A stretch of DNA of 64,000 bases from Octopus sinensis (lineage: Eukaryota), in NCBI RefSeq assembly GCF_006345805.1, contig NW_021837028.1, forward strand, positions 1-64,000. The letters run 5' to 3'. This document shows positions 58,330 through 64,000 of the stretch, in pieces. The notes beneath the pieces were generated by a model. The model was not told the DNA's origin. It saw only the letters and a list, made by a program, of their open reading frames with translations, and did no database searches. Position numbers and translations under genes: made by a program. How positions within the stretch are numbered: the first letter of the stretch is position 1; the number at the start of each line of letters is the position of its first letter.

Positions 58330-58872
58330 TCTCCTTCTCTGTCTCTTCCACCTTCTTCTATTGTTCACACGCACATACACACACGCACGCACATGCAAAC
58401 ACACACATACACACACGCATGCACACACACATACTTACATACACACACACACACACACTCTGTCTCTCTCTTTCTCATACACACAGACACATACATGTCT
58501 GCCATTCGGGAATCTCTCATGCATTATCAGACGCACACACATGCAGACACATGCATACGCACACGCACACACATACACGCACATACACACAGACACACAC
58601 AAACACACACACACACACACACACACACATTCTGTCTGTCTGTCTCTTACTCACACACACACACCCACACAGATGCATACATGTCCGTCATTCGCGAATC
58701 ACACATTCATTAGCAGACATACACACGCACAATAACACACGCTCGAACACACACACAGACTCACACACGTGCACACACACGTGCACACACACGTGCACAC
58801 ACACGTGCACACACACGTGCACACACACGTGCACACACACGTGCACACACACAGACAAACATTCTCCCACTT

Positions 58873-58906
<34 letters not shown>

Positions 58907-58976
58907 TCAGACTCTCTTTCTCTCACACACATACACACATATACTCCGACTCTTTCTCACACTCTCTGACACACAA

Positions 58977-59025
<49 letters not shown>
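58330..59025. repeat. (CA)n/(CT)n mosaic with a 12-bp minisatellite (CACACACACGTG)x7 at about 58766-58850
   Basis: Direct observation. Confidence 0.9.
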
Positions 59026-59027
<2 letters not shown>

Positions 59028-59269
59028 ATCATCGACAAACGCTCAGCAGAGCAGAAAAACAGGCACACGTGCCAAATTGTCGCTAGATGGCGTGACGTAG
59101 TGACGTAGATTATCTATATGAGATAATAATCTTGCCCCAATCTGTAAGTATGCGTAGAGACATAGATAACTAACTGGGACTCGCACTCGTCAATTTTTTT
59201 AGGAACGCTGTATAGTATATACATGATCGGGGAATAATATATAGGCATACGTACACACACTTATTAGGA

Positions 59270-59303
<34 letters not shown>

Positions 59304-60006
59304 CACTACATGAGTGAATGTATATAACAAGTAAATACTGTGCACGTAGGATGTATATGATGGTTATATATTCATCTATATGGTGGATTTGTTTGTTGAT
59401 TTGCGTGTGAGTGTGTGTGCACGTTAATAAATGTATGTGTATATATATATATTATATATAATATATAATACCCCGCGTTGATATGTATGTATGCATGCAT
59501 GTATGTATGTATATATATATATACATATATATATAATATATAATATATATGATATATATATGTATATACACACACACACCACACACACACACACATAGAT
59601 ATATAATATATATATATATATATAATATATATAGAGTGAGAGAGAGAGAGAGAGATTATTGTTATATATGTGTGATGGGTCAAGAGAACGATATGAAACA
59701 CAGATACACACACACGCGCACACATACACACATATGCATCCATCCATATATATATGTATATATATATACTATATATATATCCATATATATATTATATATA
59801 ACATATATATATAATATGCATATATGTATATATAATATATATATACATACACATGCATACGTACATATATACATACATATGCATACGTTTATATACATAT
59901 ATATTTGTATATGTATACATACATATAAATATGCATGTATATATATATATATATATATTCATACGTATATACATAAATACGTAAAAAGAGATTAAGAGAC
60001 AGAGCA

Positions 60007-60047
<41 letters not shown>

Positions 60048-60052
60048 ACGAG

Positions 60053-60098
<46 letters not shown>

Positions 60099-60749
60099 GG
60101 AGGGAGAGAGAAACAAAGGGAGATTGAAAAAATTAGCCCAAAATTTCCATCCCTCCATCATGGCGTTGATTACAACGGGGGTCTATAATTAATATTTTTG
60201 TGTTGTTGTTGCTATTGTTGTCGTTGAAATTGTTTCTGGCAGTGGAATAAGATGTTGCTGATGTTGGAGGCGTTGATGGAGATAAACATGATGACGATTA
60301 TGATGATGCTGATGATGATGAGGGTGATGGTAATGGTGGTGGTGGTGGTGGTAGTTTGTTTTTTTCCGAGGTGGTGGGAGGCGAGGATAAGGAGTGGGTG
60401 TAGAAAATGTAGGTGGAACACGTGGGGGTGGGGGAGAGGGTCATGGTTCCAGTGGAGATGCAGACTGTCTGATGTAGACAGGAAAGCAATGAATAGATAA
60501 ATGTTAGGAATATGTATGAATGAAAAATGAAGAAAAAAATATGGCTAATCAGATAAAAACTGATGTGAGAGGGGCACGGGCGGCAAGCGGGAAACACAGG
60601 GTAGTGTCGGCTTAATAACCAAGGGAAATATTAGTCAACGGTTTAGTGTATATACATACATACATGAGAGTGTGTGTGTGTATGTGTGTTTATGTATATA
60701 TTTATATATATTACATGTACATGTATATACATATATACATATATATATG

Positions 60750-60819
<70 letters not shown>

Positions 60820-60891
60820 CCAGAGTAAGCACATAAATTCGAAACACAGTGGAAAAAATAGTACTCGATTACCAGAGGTAGAGTAATAAGT

Positions 60892-61025
60892 TTTATTAAA
60901 AAGCAGCAAAAATATCAAACTATCGTCGGACAGTTTGTTTAGATTCTAAGCAAAACTCTCCAACTGACGGGGACGTGATACTCTAAATAACAGTTTTTGT
61001 GATATTTTTGTTGCTTTTTAATAAA
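60892..61025. repeat. Inverted repeat, arms about 26 bp
   Basis: tttattaaaaagcagcaaaaatatca / tgatatttttgttgctttttaataaa. Confidence 0.75.
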
Positions 61026-61041
61026 GTATATACATATAGTC

Positions 61042-61743
61042 GTTACAAAAGAAAAAAATATATGTTACAAGATACTGCATTGAGTCCGTGTCGGATAACT
61101 CATTCCAATATTAATAAAAAAAGAATACGAAAGATGAAATATCTTATATATAAAAGAGAAGTTGTGTGTCTGTCCTACGATTTAGATTCCTAACTACTCC
61201 CACATTTTGCGGTGCAGTTTAACCAAAACCGGGTATCTATAGTCGCGATTCAATATCGAGCCCTTCTGGTATTAGCGCGCGTCTACGATGAGGTCTACGA
61301 TAAAAAAAAAAATTACCATCATTTTTCCATTTAATGCATTTTTTCGCTATTATATAGGGAAGTAACTCTCTAAAATGTCTACGATGAGTCAACGATTTAA
61401 AAAAAAAATTTACCATAATTTCTTTTCCATTGTTTTTAATGCATTTTGCTATTTTTGGCGCTAACTCTTAAAAAATGCTTACTGTTATTTCCCTTACACA
61501 AACCCGAGCAACGCCGGGCGATACTGCTAGAAAATATAAAAACATTGTTATGTAGTGCTGAGTCTAGTTATGTGAGAACTACAAAAAGTTTTAGTTCTTA
61601 CACAACTAGACTCAGCACTACATAATCATGTTTTTATATTTTATATTCATCTTTCACATTCTTTTTATTAATATTGGAATGAGTTATCCGACACGGACTC
61701 AATGCAGTATCCTGTAACAATATTTTTTTTTTTCTATTACAAC
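61042..61743. repeat. Long foldback palindrome whose left arm is split by a Helitron
   Basis: 61042-61141 plus 61531-61580 match the reverse complement of 61590-61743. Confidence 0.8.
61142..61530 (+). mobile_element. Non-autonomous Helitron
   Basis: 5' A|TC; 3' hairpin cccgagcaacgccggg then CTAG; two internal repeats; no TSD. Confidence 0.8.
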
Positions 61744-62097
61744 TTTTCTGACGTTTCTTTAATTTTTTGCACTGACGCGAATGGTAATATATAATCAAAT
61801 TAATTATAATTAATTGGTTTTTTGAGTTTATATAGGACTGTGTTCTATAAATGCTCATAAACCCGAAGTTTCTATCTTTAAAAACAAGGAGTTACAACCT
61901 CTTATGTGATTTTTTGCTACCCTGGTAAGAATTTATCTATTTCTTCCGTGGTTTAATTGTTAACAAGGGAAAATACATCATGGCGAAATAAGATTAAGAT
62001 TAATGTAAAAAATAAATAACACTGAAGCAAAGTAACACCAAATATATAGTGCGTGTGTTTTTATTGGCTAAACTGGCAAAAATGACCATTCCTACAT

Positions 62098-62150
<53 letters not shown>

Positions 62151-62242
62151 ATAGAATGGTAAGACAAGAAAAGAATAAAAGAGACCGATATTATATAAAT
62201 AGAGAATTTATCTGTAATGGATATGTGACAATTATTCGGTAG

Positions 62243-62312
62243 CCATGATAAAACTCCTAGTTTTGGATGTCGGGGCGGAAATCCACGCCGGCATCTCTTC
62301 AGTTATTGGGCC
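62243..62312 (-). ncRNA. Type I hammerhead-like motif, G12 position mutated
   Basis: AATAA-CTGAAGA-GATG...CATC-C(A)AAACT AGG AGT T-TTAT. Confidence 0.55.
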
Positions 62313-62579
62313 AGGAAAAAAATGCTATGAAAATGACCGTTAAACAAAAGGAAATTACTGTGTGATTGACCGTTAAGACAAAAGAGCTATTAAAATGACC
62401 GCTATGTAACGTAAGGGAGTAAAAATGTTCATAGCAATCGCATAAACACGCATGTCCATACATACACATGTGCGCCCGGACACCCACGTACATGTGCCCA
62501 TGTGTATATACTCATCCACCCTCACTTCAAACACACACATGCTCACCCACACATTCGCCAAAAATACATACATACATAC

Positions 62580-62643
<64 letters not shown>

Positions 62644-62852
62644 AATGTATATTTACAACATATATACGTATGTATGTATATATATGTATATATATAAATG
62701 CATATTTATATATATATATATATACATATATATATACATGTATGTGTATATATACAAATATATATATATATAAATACATACATACACATATACGTGTATA
62801 TCTAACTCTATGTATGTATATATACTTTTAAAAAGCGTTTCACTTAGCTTCA

Positions 62853-63200
62853 CATGACTTACAGTTTCGTGGGTGCTTGGACAGGTTCATCTCATTAGAT
62901 ACTAGGAGCAGAGTGAGAAACTTTTTGCGAGACATTCAAGATGGCCTCTATTGGTCAGTTCAGTTCACGTTGTATTAGCGTTATGAAAGTGACACCAGCT
63001 ATTTTATTTGCCGTCTAAGTGGCACCAGCATCCTGCCAACATCCGGTCCAAACGCGTGACCTGAGCTGAAGGACAGAAGCCTTACACACTGAAGCTATCT
63101 AGAATTTCTCTTTAACAAAAATCTCTCAATCTGCTCCTATGATCTGATGAGATAAGCATGCCAAACGCGCCCACGAAACTCTCAGTCATGCTGAGGGGAG
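62853..63200. ncRNA. Inverted-repeat element with a hammerhead-like core in each arm (+ arm intact core 63144-63188; - arm G5A)
   Basis: + arm: AT-CTGATGA-G..C-GAAACT CTC AGTC-AT; - arm: AT-CTAATGA-G..C-GAAACT GTA AGTC-AT. Confidence 0.55.
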
Positions 63201-63559
63201 TCAAGCTGTTATTAGAATTATGCACAATTCCTACCAAAGCTGAGTGTTTCTCATTCGCATATATATATATATATATATATAATATATAATATATAATATA
63301 CATAAGGGATTTGTATTGATTGTGTATAGAGGGATATATATTATTCAAAGGAATTCCAACTCTGTTTTATGTTAATTTATATTCTTTATGATATTAATGT
63401 AGAATATGGAATATATAGTATAAAAAGTATATATAGTATAATGAAATGAAGTATTGATTGTCTTATTGAGAGATGAAATATTGAATATCAATATTAAGGG
63501 ACTAGTATAGCTTTCTTGCATTAAAGCAGTCTTCAAGGTTCCCAGGTTTGTGACAGGGA

Positions 63560-63589
<30 letters not shown>

Positions 63590-63592
<3 letters not shown>

Positions 63593-64000
63593 AAGGTAAA
63601 CGACGTGCAGACTGACACTGGCCCAGGAAAAATTGCAATCCTGAGTTAAAATCAGTGCGTGACCTGGGCATTGACATGAGCAATGATGATGCATCTTCCA
63701 AGTGCATATTACTAATCTGGTGATAAAATGCAGACGGCTAGCTGAGGATGGATTCTCCGAACTTTCAGAACAAGAGAGAAGGTGAGACTGATGTTCCTCT
63801 GGAAAACATTCGTCCTCAACCGCTTGGACTACTGCTCCCTACTATGGTCACACACAATAAAAAACTAACAGCAGAACTCGAAGCAATTCAAAGAAGAGCT
63901 ACACAACGAAGATCGTCGTCTCAATGCCAAAATATCAGCTAGGAAGGTGACAGTATTAACCTCTTCTCCCTAGAGCGGAGGCGGGAGAGATATGCGGTGA
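63590..64000 (+). mobile_element. CR1/L2-type LINE RT C-terminal fragment, runs off window
   Basis: With frameshifts: SVRDLGIDMSND, WILRTFRTRE, LWKTFVLNRLDYCS, LEAIQRRAT, LNLFSLERRRERYA. Confidence 0.85.

Overview
AT-rich, microsatellite- and transposon-dense eukaryotic DNA. The SINE families and gene content suggest an octopus (inference). Two protein-coding genes point toward each other. (1) On the + strand, a complete 8-exon class C GPCR (3685-34761; 2709-nt CDS, 902 aa; all introns GT-AG, phases consistent). It has a Venus-flytrap domain, a cysteine-rich domain and a CaSR-like 7TM. It has lost both cysteines of the normally conserved VFT-CRD disulfide (now Lys256 and Glu557) and has no loop-2 dimer cysteine. 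(2) On the - strand, the 3' part of a GATA4/5/6-class factor (C-finger exon, basic-tail exon, poly-Q/His last exon; 51319-47243). No N-finger exon is visible in the 12.7 kb upstream. The rest is mobile DNA: four tRNA-derived SINE families (labelled A-D here), R4/Dong-type RLE LINEs embedded in (TAA)n, Penelope-like elements, CR1/L2 fragments, mariner/maT/Tc1 remnants, MITEs, Helitron-type elements and long foldback palindromes. Main unexpected signals: the Cys-to-Lys/Glu pair in the receptor; SINE-A inserting at a fixed site inside its own copies (a 17-bp TSD is visible) and forming tandem arrays; and several hammerhead-ribozyme-like motifs in Penelope-type and foldback repeats, one with an intact catalytic core. 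No rRNA, true tRNA or CRISPR array was found. Gene models and RNA folds were done by eye and need RNA-seq and computational confirmation.
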